DNA of 15,345 nt from Candidatus Nanopusillus sp. (GCA_036845085.1 DAIUEN010000006.1:5119-20463), one strand, 5' to 3'. Positions 6,473 to 13,772 are shown, counted from the first letter of the stretch. A program made the numbers and translations. The notes: generated by a model from the letters alone, not told the origin.

Positions 6473-8689
6473 ATTTAGTATTTCACTTATTTTATTTTCA
6501 ATTATAATCTTATTTTCCTTATATAATTCCTGGTATATGTATTCAGTTATATATGGAATAACTGGATGTAACATTATTAAAATAATTTTATATATATTAT
6601 ATAAAAGATATTTAGCAGTTTCATCACCGTTTTTTATTCTATCTTTAGACTTTTCAAGATAATTATTAGCAAAATCTTCCCATACAAATTTTCTCCATAA
6701 TTTAACATATTCTGAATATCTAAATTTATTAACGTAATTTATTGATTCTTCTATAGTATATTTCAACAATTCTATAATTTTTTTGTCTTCTTCCGCCAAT
6801 TTAGATATTTTTTTAGGCTTTTCTTTAATATTTAATTCTATATACCTACCAATATTCCATAGCTTTATAATAAAAGCTTGTCCAGATTCTATATCTTTCC
6901 AAGTAAATCTATAATCATCTCCTGGTGAAGCCAATAATGCCCAATATCTTAAAGCATCTGGAGAATATTTATCCATAACTTCATTAGGATCTATAGCGTT
7001 ACCTAAAGACTTTGACATTTTCATTCCCTTCTCATCTAACACCATACCATGGATCAATGCATATTTCCATGGTATTTTACCTGTTAACAACTTTGTTCTA
7101 ACAATAGTACTAAATAACCAAGTTCTTATTATTTCATATCCCTGCTGTCTTAAGTCCACTGGTATATATTTTATAGATTCTTCAAAACCTTTCTTAATGT
7201 CATCTATTCCCAAAGCATAAAATATAATTGCTATTGGAGTTATAGAAGACTCTACCCAGACATCAACAGTTTCATCTTCAAAAAACTTTCCATCATATTT
7301 TCTAACTTTTTCCTTGTCTATTCTAGGATCAAATGGCAAATCTTCAACATTAATAGGATATATTTTTCCATCTTTTTCATAGAAAGGAAATGCCAATCCC
7401 CATATCATCTTAGTTCTCGATATATTCCAATCTTGATCTATAGAATTTATCCAATCAATTAATAACTGCCTATTTTTTTCTGGTATGATCTCAATTTCTT
7501 TCTGCCAGTTTAATATTTTTTCTTTAATGTCTTTTATTTTTATGAAAAATTGTTCTCTAGGAATTAATTCCAATGGCGATTGACAATCGGATCTTTCAGT
7601 ATGAGCTAAAACTTTGTGTACTATTTTTTCTACTTTATGAACATAATCTTTTAATAAATCTAAAATTTTGATTCTAGCTTCTTCTGTTTTTAATCCATTT
7701 ATTTCTTCAATAGACGACTTTATTCTACTTTGTTCATCAACGCATATAATTTCAGGTAAATTATATTTTTCTTTCCATTTTATGTCGTAAGGATCTCCAT
7801 AAGTACATACCCAAACTATCCCAGTTCCAAAATCATAATCTACATCTTCATCAGAAATAATCTTCACCTCTCTATTTATTAATGGAATAGCTACATCTAA
7901 TCCTTCTAATTCTTTATAATCATACTCTCTAACTATTTTTAAGTTATTTTTTTCGGCATATACTCTAGAAACTATAACGTTACCTTCTACTTCTACATAT
8001 TTATTCCTAGATATTAATACAGCAGAACAAGAATATATAAGTTCGGGCCTTGTGGTTGCTATAAGAATATATTTACTTTCCTTTTTTAATGGTAATTTTA
8101 GGTAAGCTAAAATTCCTTCTTTTTCTATATAACCAGCTTCTTGCATAGAAATTGCAGTATTACATTTAGGACACCACATCACAGGATGTTTTTTTCTCTC
8201 TATTAGACCCTCGTTAAACATTTTTATTAATGTATATTGAACTAAAGCTTCATACTTTGGATCCATTGTTTTATAAATTTTATTTAAGTCTATAGAAACT
8301 CCAAGCCTAAGAAATGTCTTGTACATAGATTCTATATGTTTATATGTCCATTCTCTACATGCAGCCAAAAATTTTTCTTTATCTTCTTTTTTTACCCCCA
8401 TCTTCTTTATTACTTTTAATTCTGTAGGTAATCCATGACAATCAAAACCTAGTGGAAAATAAACATTATATCCTTCTAATCTCTTAAACCTAGCAATAAA
8501 ATCTAACCAGATAAACTCTAAGGCATGACCTAGATGTGCTTCACCAGATGTAAATGGTGGAGGAGAATCTATAATAAAGTATTTATTATTATCGGAATTT
8601 ATATTAAAAGAAAATAAGTCTTTTTTTTCTTCATACCATAACTTTCTTACTTTTTCTTCTATTATCTTGTAGTCTGGTCTCTTGTCCAT
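6446..8689 (-). CDS. valS: Class Ia aminoacyl-tRNA synthetase with CP1 editing domain, most like archaeal valyl-tRNA synthetase; short at 747 aa
   Basis: Motifs supporting a class Ia synthetase:
- HIGH-type motif PPPFTSGEAHLGHAL followed by DFIARFKRLEGYNVYFPLGFDCHGLPTE.
- WCPKCNTAIS.
- Editing-domain motifs TTRPELI and GTGIVWVCTYGDPYD.
- DWNISR and YEIIRTW.
- KMSKS, present as MKMSKSLGN.

The Val versus Ile assignment is from motif resemblance and size only. Confidence 0.65.
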   Translation of the reverse strand: MDKRPDYKIIEEKVRKLWYEEKKDLFSFNINSDNNKYFIIDSPPPFTSGEAHLGHALEFIWLDFIARFKRLEGYNVYFPLGFDCHGLPTELKVIKKMGVKKEDKEKFLAACREWTYKHIESMYKTFLRLGVSIDLNKIYKTMDPKYEALVQYTLIKMFNEGLIERKKHPVMWCPKCNTAISMQEAGYIEKEGILAYLKLPLKKESKYILIATTRPELIYSCSAVLISRNKYVEVEGNVIVSRVYAEKNNLKIVREYDYKELEGLDVAIPLINREVKIISDEDVDYDFGTGIVWVCTYGDPYDIKWKEKYNLPEIICVDEQSRIKSSIEEINGLKTEEARIKILDLLKDYVHKVEKIVHKVLAHTERSDCQSPLELIPREQFFIKIKDIKEKILNWQKEIEIIPEKNRQLLIDWINSIDQDWNISRTKMIWGLAFPFYEKDGKIYPINVEDLPFDPRIDKEKVRKYDGKFFEDETVDVWVESSITPIAIIFYALGIDDIKKGFEESIKYIPVDLRQQGYEIIRTWLFSTIVRTKLLTGKIPWKYALIHGMVLDEKGMKMSKSLGNAIDPNEVMDKYSPDALRYWALLASPGDDYRFTWKDIESGQAFIIKLWNIGRYIELNIKEKPKKISKLAEEDKKIIELLKYTIEESINYVNKFRYSEYVKLWRKFVWEDFANNYLEKSKDRIKNGDETAKYLLYNIYKIILIMLHPVIPYITEYIYQELYKENKIIIENKISEILNLIQFETLC

Positions 8690-9456
8690 TATTTTATTAA
8701 TTCATTCATAAGATCTTTTAATTTTCTTTTTAATTCTTCTATTGCATATATGGGAATTTTATCAGCTGAGTATTGACCATAGGATTCTATGTAAAATATA
8801 AATTCCTCTTTTGGAACTAATTTTATTTTACCATTTCCTAATTGTTCTACTAAATCCAAAAATGTTCTATCATATTTCTTTTCTTTAGGAATTATTATTT
8901 TATTCTTTTTAATTTCAACTCCTATTTTTTTTAATTTTTTGATAGTTTCTTCATCTATATCTCCTTCCAAAACTAAATCTGCAGTTCTATAATAATAAAC
9001 ATATGCTGGGGAATATTTAACATGGTCTTTACCACTACCAAGAGTAGCTATAGCTTCTAACTTTATTTTTTGCCCTTCTTCTAAGTATGCTACCGGCAGA
9101 TCTTTATAAACAGGATATACATTTTCTTTTTCAGATCTTAGATCCCCAGAATAAACAAATCCTTTTGTATTTTTATCTAGATATAATCTAACTTCTTTTT
9201 CTTTTATGTTTTCTGGAGTATTAAATGGTATTAATCCTAATCTATGAGCTAACATCTCGTCCCACAAAACAGAACTGTTAGAGACTATGTTTACAGTATC
9301 TATAGCTAATGTCTTTACTTCTTCTTCTATAGTTCTTTTCAAAACATTCATAAAATTAGCAGTTTCACCAGAAATAAGTAATTTCAACTTATATATTTTT
9401 TTATCACCATCCACAGCAAACTTATCACCACTTTTTTCTATTATAATAATATCCAT
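8689..9456 (-). CDS. rpoD: DNA-directed RNA polymerase subunit D (Rpo3)
   Basis: MLAHRLGLIPF is the hallmark of the RpoD/RPB3/alpha family. The 255-aa length fits, and the domain order is consistent with a dimerisation domain plus an inserted domain. The protein has no cysteine at all. Its stop overlaps the valS start as TAATG at 8687-8691. Confidence 0.85.
   Translation of the reverse strand: MDIIIIEKSGDKFAVDGDKKIYKLKLLISGETANFMNVLKRTIEEEVKTLAIDTVNIVSNSSVLWDEMLAHRLGLIPFNTPENIKEKEVRLYLDKNTKGFVYSGDLRSEKENVYPVYKDLPVAYLEEGQKIKLEAIATLGSGKDHVKYSPAYVYYYRTADLVLEGDIDEETIKKLKKIGVEIKKNKIIIPKEKKYDRTFLDLVEQLGNGKIKLVPKEEFIFYIESYGQYSADKIPIYAIEELKRKLKDLMNELIK
9441..9448 (+). promoter_or_regulatory. Candidate TATA box (ttataata) for the 188-aa ORF, embedded in rpoD codons 3-6
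   Basis: It lies at -30..-23 from the ATG at 9471. It is formed by the minus-strand ATT ATT ATT ATA codons encoding the IIII run (residues 3-6 of MDIIIIEK). Confidence 0.35.
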
Positions 9457-9470
9457 ACCTTTTATTTTCT

Positions 9471-10037
9471 ATGCATAACCCTTATAAATTATCTTTAGAA
9501 CCAAAGAATCCGATAGGAATATCAGAAAAACATATAAATGAAAAAATCACAAAACATAGTTATATGGAGTATTCTGTTTTAGAATCATATAGGGAAAGTA
9601 TTAAATATGTCATTGGGCATGAAGGCTTTGGCTTAGTTTATACAAAGAACCTTTCAACTATAAAAGTTACAGAAACGTTAAACAAATTGTATATGATAAT
9701 CCCAGTAAATTCCAATATAGATATAAAATATAGCAATAGTCCACTGATAACTGTAAATATTTCTAATACAAATATTAAACCAGGAACATACCAGGGCATT
9801 GTAAGAAGTCCGAAAGAAATTAAAAATATGAGTATAATTATAGTAAATGAAGGAGCAAAGGATTACCAGAACTGTCATATAAAAGAAATTTATAAAATAG
9901 ATGAAAACGCATATATCTTTCGTGGATTAAAAACAGATATCGAAGATTTATCGATACCTAGAGTAATTAAACATACTTTAGAAGGAAAAATTAAATCGGG
10001 ATTTTACATAACTGCAGAGGTTATAAAAAGTTATTAA
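9471..10037 (+). CDS. Hypothetical protein, 188 aa, no recognised domain
   Basis: The ORF is ATG-initiated and has beta-rich-looking composition. An alternative in-frame start exists at 9564 (MEYSV...). I recognise no motif. Confidence 0.5.
   Translation: MHNPYKLSLEPKNPIGISEKHINEKITKHSYMEYSVLESYRESIKYVIGHEGFGLVYTKNLSTIKVTETLNKLYMIIPVNSNIDIKYSNSPLITVNISNTNIKPGTYQGIVRSPKEIKNMSIIIVNEGAKDYQNCHIKEIYKIDENAYIFRGLKTDIEDLSIPRVIKHTLEGKIKSGFYITAEVIKSY
9482..9489 (-). promoter_or_regulatory. Candidate TATA box (minus-strand atttataa) for rpoD, embedded in codons 4-7 of the 188-aa ORF
   Basis: It lies at -33..-26 from the rpoD ATG at 9456. The only non-coding space between the two start codons is 14 bp. 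Confidence 0.35.
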
Positions 10038-10041
10038 AAAT

Positions 10042-10049
10042 ATTTAAAA
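10042..10049 (+). promoter_or_regulatory. Candidate TATA box (atttaaaa) upstream of tRNA-Arg
   Basis: Its first base is 31 nt upstream of the mature tRNA 5' G at 10073. This equals the TATA-to-ATG spacing at apparently leaderless genes here. Confidence 0.4.
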
Positions 10050-10072
10050 TTTATTTTTATAAAATCTTTATT

Positions 10073-10147
10073 GGACCCGTAGCTCAGCTTGGATAGAGCG
10101 ACGGCCTTCTAAGCCGTAGGTCGGGGGTTCGAATCCCCCCGGGTCCG
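10073..10147 (+). tRNA. tRNA-Arg (anticodon UCU), 75 nt, no intron, CCA not encoded
   Basis: The cloverleaf has acceptor GGACCCG/CGGGTCC, D arm GCTC-AGCTTGGAT-AGAGC, anticodon stem ACGGC/GCCGT, loop CUUCUAA, T arm GGGGG-TTCGAAT-CCCCC and discriminator G. The sequence that follows is cta. Confidence 0.95.
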
Positions 10148-10148
10148 C

Positions 10149-10163
10149 TAAATTTTTAAGTAG
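10149..10163 (+). promoter_or_regulatory. 15-mer taaatttttaagtag: candidate combined oligo-T terminator for tRNA-Arg and TATA box for the downstream membrane-protein gene
   Basis: It matches the 15-mer at 11778-11792 at 14 of 15 positions. It contains a T5 run 6 nt after the tRNA end, and it covers -33..-19 from the ATG at 10182. Confidence 0.45.
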
Positions 10164-10181
10164 AAGATTATATTAATTTTT

Positions 10182-10679
10182 ATGACAAAGTGTATTGAAA
10201 TATTTAAAAATAATAAATCTTCTTATTTGTTTCTATTTGTTTGGTCTATTATAGGTTATTTATATTTACAGTCCTTTATGATCAATTTTGTATTTTTAAT
10301 GCCAATATATTTGAAAATCTTGGTTATTTTATTTATAATACTAATGGTTTTGAACTTATCTTTTTTATCTTGCTACATTGTATATATTAAAAAACAACTA
10401 AAAAGAAGCATTATGACTATTACTGGTTCCTTGTTTGGAATAATTGGACTGTCAGGTTGTTTAGCCGGATGTGGAATAAGCTTTCTTTCGCCACTTCTTG
10501 TTTTACTATCATCTTTCTTCGCCATCTCTATAGAGCAGTTAGGACTTGTATTTCTAATACTTTCAATTATTATATTGTCGTATAGTTTATATAATGTTTC
10601 ACTAAAAGAAGTTACTACTATAAAAGATATGAAAAATTTTAAAGTGGAATGCTGCAAGAAATTTAATCAATATGGATAG
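10182..10679 (+). CDS. Small multi-pass membrane protein with an intramembrane CxxxC (GLSGCLAGCGISFLSP) and a C-terminal CC pair
   Basis: The 165-aa protein has 4-5 hydrophobic segments. Cysteines are at C4, C64, C93, C97 and C157-C158. The SFLSP stretch loosely recalls the TM1 motif of CcdA/DsbD-type thiol transporters, which is a weak by-eye resemblance. Its stop overlaps the next gene's start by 8 nt (ATGGATAG). Confidence 0.6.
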   Translation: MTKCIEIFKNNKSSYLFLFVWSIIGYLYLQSFMINFVFLMPIYLKILVILFIILMVLNLSFLSCYIVYIKKQLKRSIMTITGSLFGIIGLSGCLAGCGISFLSPLLVLLSSFFAISIEQLGLVFLILSIIILSYSLYNVSLKEVTTIKDMKNFKVECCKKFNQYG

Positions 10680-11769
10680 AATTGGTGATGTAGAATTAAG
10701 ACTTGCTAAAGGACCAATACCTCACTATAAAGAACTTAAAGAATTAGCTAGAAGTATTTTAAAATTGATGTTATTTGAATTTAAATCTGAAGAAGTAATT
10801 AAAAGGTTTTCAAATCCTTTATGGTATAATTCATTTGCTTGTTTATTAGGATTTGAATGGAATTATTCTGGAATGACTACAGTTGTCCTCAAAGCAATAA
10901 AAGAGATAATAGAAGAAGAAAACTTAGAGTTAATAGCATTAGGTGGAAAAGGAGAAAATTCTAAAATAACTAGTGAATTAGAAAAAAAAGATATAAAAGA
11001 CAAATTAAAAGATAAATTAAAAGAAGCATCTATATTATCTGCAAAAGTTGATAACTACTTATTACAAGATGGTTACAATCTTTATTTTCATTTTATTTTA
11101 TCTGATGAAAAAGGTAACTTTACAATAATAAATCAAAAGATGTCTATAGAAGAACAAAAAGTTAGAAGATTTCACTGGTTAAATACAGAAGATTTTTTTA
11201 ATGATCCACAAATAGGTTTTGGAATAAAATCTAAAACTTTAAATCTTTCTTCTAAAGAATCAGAAAATCTAAGAAAGGATATAGTAACATTAGTCAATGA
11301 AAAAGATAAAGAAGAAATCTATAAATATGTAGTGAGACTAAAAGGAGAAGGCAACATTATAAAACATATATTTAACAAAAACGAAACAAAAAATATTAAA
11401 ATAATATATCAAGAATTACCAAAATACTTAAAGATACCAGAAAAAATATACCTAAAAGCCTTAGATATAAATAGAACTATAGAAAATTTTAAAGATTTAA
11501 TAACTATAAATGGTGTTGGACCTGGATTATTAAGAGCTCTAGCATATACCGCAAATTTAGTATATGGAAGCGAAATATCTTGGAAGGATCCAATAATTTA
11601 TACATTCGCACACGGTACAAAAGCGGGAAAACCTTATTATGTAAAGAAAAAACTAATGTTAGAAGAAGCTGAAATAATAAAAAATGCTATAGAAGAAGCA
11701 AAGGTTGGAAAGTATTGGAAAATAAAGGCATTAAAAGAACTCCGGAAATTAACTTCTATAGAAGTATAA
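10672..11769 (+). CDS. DUF763 family protein, a conserved archaeal protein of unknown function
   Basis: The N-terminal region LAKGPIPHYKELKELA...FSNPLWYNSFACLLGFEWNYSGMTTVVLKAIKE...LGGKGENSK matches my recollection of the DUF763 signature (GKAPRW...[24 protein letters not shown]...GGKG). The C-terminal part has a helix-hairpin-helix-like INGVGPGLLRALAYTA. This is recognised from memory and not searched. Confidence 0.65.
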   Translation: MDRIGDVELRLAKGPIPHYKELKELARSILKLMLFEFKSEEVIKRFSNPLWYNSFACLLGFEWNYSGMTTVVLKAIKEIIEEENLELIALGGKGENSKITSELEKKDIKDKLKDKLKEASILSAKVDNYLLQDGYNLYFHFILSDEKGNFTIINQKMSIEEQKVRRFHWLNTEDFFNDPQIGFGIKSKTLNLSSKESENLRKDIVTLVNEKDKEEIYKYVVRLKGEGNIIKHIFNKNETKNIKIIYQELPKYLKIPEKIYLKALDINRTIENFKDLITINGVGPGLLRALAYTANLVYGSEISWKDPIIYTFAHGTKAGKPYYVKKKLMLEEAEIIKNAIEEAKVGKYWKIKALKELRKLTSIEV

Positions 11770-11777
11770 CGATGTTT

Positions 11778-11792
11778 TAAATTTTTAAATAG
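11778..11792 (+). promoter_or_regulatory. 15-mer taaatttttaaatag: candidate combined terminator for the DUF763 unit and TATA box for the PDO-trxB-DUF59 operon
   Basis: It is a near-identical copy of 10149-10163. T4 and T5 runs begin 5 nt after the DUF763 stop. The element covers -35..-21 from the ATG at 11813. Confidence 0.45.
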
Positions 11793-11812
11793 TACTCAAC
11801 AAATAATTATAG

Positions 11813-12514
11813 ATGGCTATATTTTCGGAAGAGGATAGGAAAACCCTAAAAGATATATTTTCAGAGAATTTAAAAAATATTGTAGAAATAGAGCTTTTTT
11901 TGGATTATAATGGAAATAAAGAAACTAGTGAAATAGCAAAGGAAATAGCTGATGAAATTATGAAACTAACCGATAAGATTAAATTCGATATAAAAGATGT
12001 TAGCGATCCCAATGTATTAGAAGAACTAAAAAATAGAAACTTAGTTTTTGACAAATATGGAAATAGAAAAGGACCTCTTTTTGTATTTAAGAAATATCCA
12101 GGAATAATATATCTAGGTTTACCTGCTGGAGAAGAATTTCCAATATTTTTAGAAGATATAATACATACATCTAAAGAAGAATTTCATATTAGTGGAGACG
12201 TAGCAAAGAAAATTGCAAAGATAAACCAACCAATAGATATATTTGTATTTGTAACTCCAACGTGTCCTTATTGTCCCTATATGACACATAGTTCTCATCA
12301 GTTTGCAATGATTAATAAAAACATAAGAAGTATAATGATAGAAGCTACAGAATTTCCAGAACTTTCAGATAAATTTAAAGTTTATGGAGTACCACATATA
12401 GAAGTTTTATCACAAGATGGATCTGTATTAGGAGGATTTGAAGGAATGGTAGATACATCAATATTTGCTAGTAAGTTAGAAAAAATACTTGAAAATATAA
12501 ATAAACAAAAATGA
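11813..12514 (+). CDS. Protein disulfide oxidoreductase (two-thioredoxin-fold, glutaredoxin-like PDO) with a single CPYC site
   Basis: The 233-aa length and the C-terminal unit motif FVTPTCPYCPYM, followed by YGVPHI (cis-Pro loop), are typical of archaeal PDO proteins of the Pyrococcus furiosus type. The N-terminal unit has no CxxC. Confidence 0.75.
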   Translation: MAIFSEEDRKTLKDIFSENLKNIVEIELFLDYNGNKETSEIAKEIADEIMKLTDKIKFDIKDVSDPNVLEELKNRNLVFDKYGNRKGPLFVFKKYPGIIYLGLPAGEEFPIFLEDIIHTSKEEFHISGDVAKKIAKINQPIDIFVFVTPTCPYCPYMTHSSHQFAMINKNIRSIMIEATEFPELSDKFKVYGVPHIEVLSQDGSVLGGFEGMVDTSIFASKLEKILENINKQK

Positions 12515-13488
12515 TACCAAAATTTATAATTAGTAAATTACCTGAAGAAGAACAAAAAATACTAAATGAAAGAGAATGGGATGTAGTAATAGTTGGGGGA
12601 GGACCTGCAGGATATACTGCAGCAATATACTGCAGTAGATACAAATTAAAAACATTGGTTATTACAACAGAAATTGGCGGATTATTAAATCAAATAAACT
12701 TGATAGACGATTATCCAGGATTACCAGAAATTAATGGTATAGAACTAGGAAAAAAGTTTAAGGAACATGCAGAAAAATTTGGAGTAAAGACTTTATTAAG
12801 AACTGTAGTAAGAATTCAAAAAGAAAATGAAAAATTTAAGATAATAACATCTAATGGGGAAGAGATATATTCTAAATCTGTAATAATAGCTACAGGTTCA
12901 AAAAGAAAAAAATTGGACGTTCCTGGAGAAAATCTTCCAGGAATAAGTTATTGTGCTGAATGTGATGGCTATTTATTTAAAGATAAAGTAGTAGGAGTTG
13001 TGGGTGGTGGGGATTCAGCATTTCATGATGCTTTAGTACTAGCACAACATGCTAAAGAAGTGTATATCATACATAGAAAGGATGAATTTAAAGCACAGCC
13101 AATGTATATAGAAGAAATTAAAAAGAATCCAAAAGTAAAGTTTATATTAAATAAAGTTGTTGTGGAAATAAAGGGAAATGGCAAAGTAGAAGAAGTTGTA
13201 TTAAAAGATGTAAATAGCGGAGAAATATCTACGTTAAAGTTAGATGGACTATTTATAGCCATCGGTTTAGCACCCGTATCCGAAATTGTAAAAGATTTGA
13301 ATGTAAACTTAGATAAAAATGGAAATATAATTGTAGATCAATGTTCAAAAACAAATATACCAGGACTAGCTGCTGCGGGAGATGTTACAAACCAAATATG
13401 TGGATTTAAACAGATAATAACTTCTGCAGCTCAAGGAGCAGTAGCTGCTTTGTCTATATTTACCTATCTAAAAACTGGTAAATGGTAA
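12511..13488 (+). CDS. trxB: Thioredoxin reductase (low-Mr type)
   Basis: Motifs are the FAD motif VVIVGGGPAGYTAA, redox-active CAECDG, the second dinucleotide motif VVGGGDSA followed by IIHRKDEFKA, and the C-terminal GLAAAGDV. The start overlaps the PDO stop as ATGA. Confidence 0.9.
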   Translation: MIPKFIISKLPEEEQKILNEREWDVVIVGGGPAGYTAAIYCSRYKLKTLVITTEIGGLLNQINLIDDYPGLPEINGIELGKKFKEHAEKFGVKTLLRTVVRIQKENEKFKIITSNGEEIYSKSVIIATGSKRKKLDVPGENLPGISYCAECDGYLFKDKVVGVVGGGDSAFHDALVLAQHAKEVYIIHRKDEFKAQPMYIEEIKKNPKVKFILNKVVVEIKGNGKVEEVVLKDVNSGEISTLKLDGLFIAIGLAPVSEIVKDLNVNLDKNGNIIVDQCSKTNIPGLAAAGDVTNQICGFKQIITSAAQGAVAALSIFTYLKTGKW

Positions 13489-13772
13489 GCACCGAAGAGA
13501 TAAAAAACAAGTTAAAAGAAGTAATAGATCCAGAAATAGGATATGATATCATATCTCTTGGAGAGATAGAAGATATTAAAATTGAAAATAATAAAGTCAA
13601 AATAGTATTTTTACCTACAACCCCACTTTGCCCATTTATTCCAATGATTTTATCTGGAATTGAAGAGAAAATTAGGGAATTAAACTTAGAAGCTGATATA
13701 GAAATAGATTTCAAAAATATATGGTCTTTGGATAGAGTAGATCCAGAAATAAGAAGAAAGTTAGGCTTATAA
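13482..13772 (+). CDS. DUF59/MIP18-family protein (SufT-like Fe-S cluster assembly/carrier-associated domain)
   Basis: IKNKLKEVIDPEIGYDIISLGEIEDIKIE...VKIVFLPTTPLCPF matches the DUF59 signature (V.DPE.g.ni.dLG.v, TtP.CP). It overlaps the trxB stop by 7 nt (ATGGTAA). Confidence 0.8.
   Translation: MVSTEEIKNKLKEVIDPEIGYDIISLGEIEDIKIENNKVKIVFLPTTPLCPFIPMILSGIEEKIRELNLEADIEIDFKNIWSLDRVDPEIRRKLGL

Noticed and set aside
12511-13488. TrxR HRKDEFKA in place of the canonical HRRDxFRA, read as a sign of non-NADPH cofactor use
   Set aside because: The substitutions are Arg to Lys and conserve positive charge. That is not sufficient evidence from sequence alone to claim altered specificity. It is mentioned only as a side note.
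745-13714. Antisense ORFs nested in larger genes: 745-963(-), 2140-2328(+), 5157-5468(+), 5580-5798(+), 6070-6420(-), 9287-9478(+), 9678-9878(-), 10373-10657(-), 13023-13262(-), 13460-13714(-)
   Set aside because: Each lies opposite a gene with strong motif support or a longer ORF. Their F/S/I/L-rich composition is what the reverse complement of K/E/N/I-rich codons produces. None has a recognisable motif.
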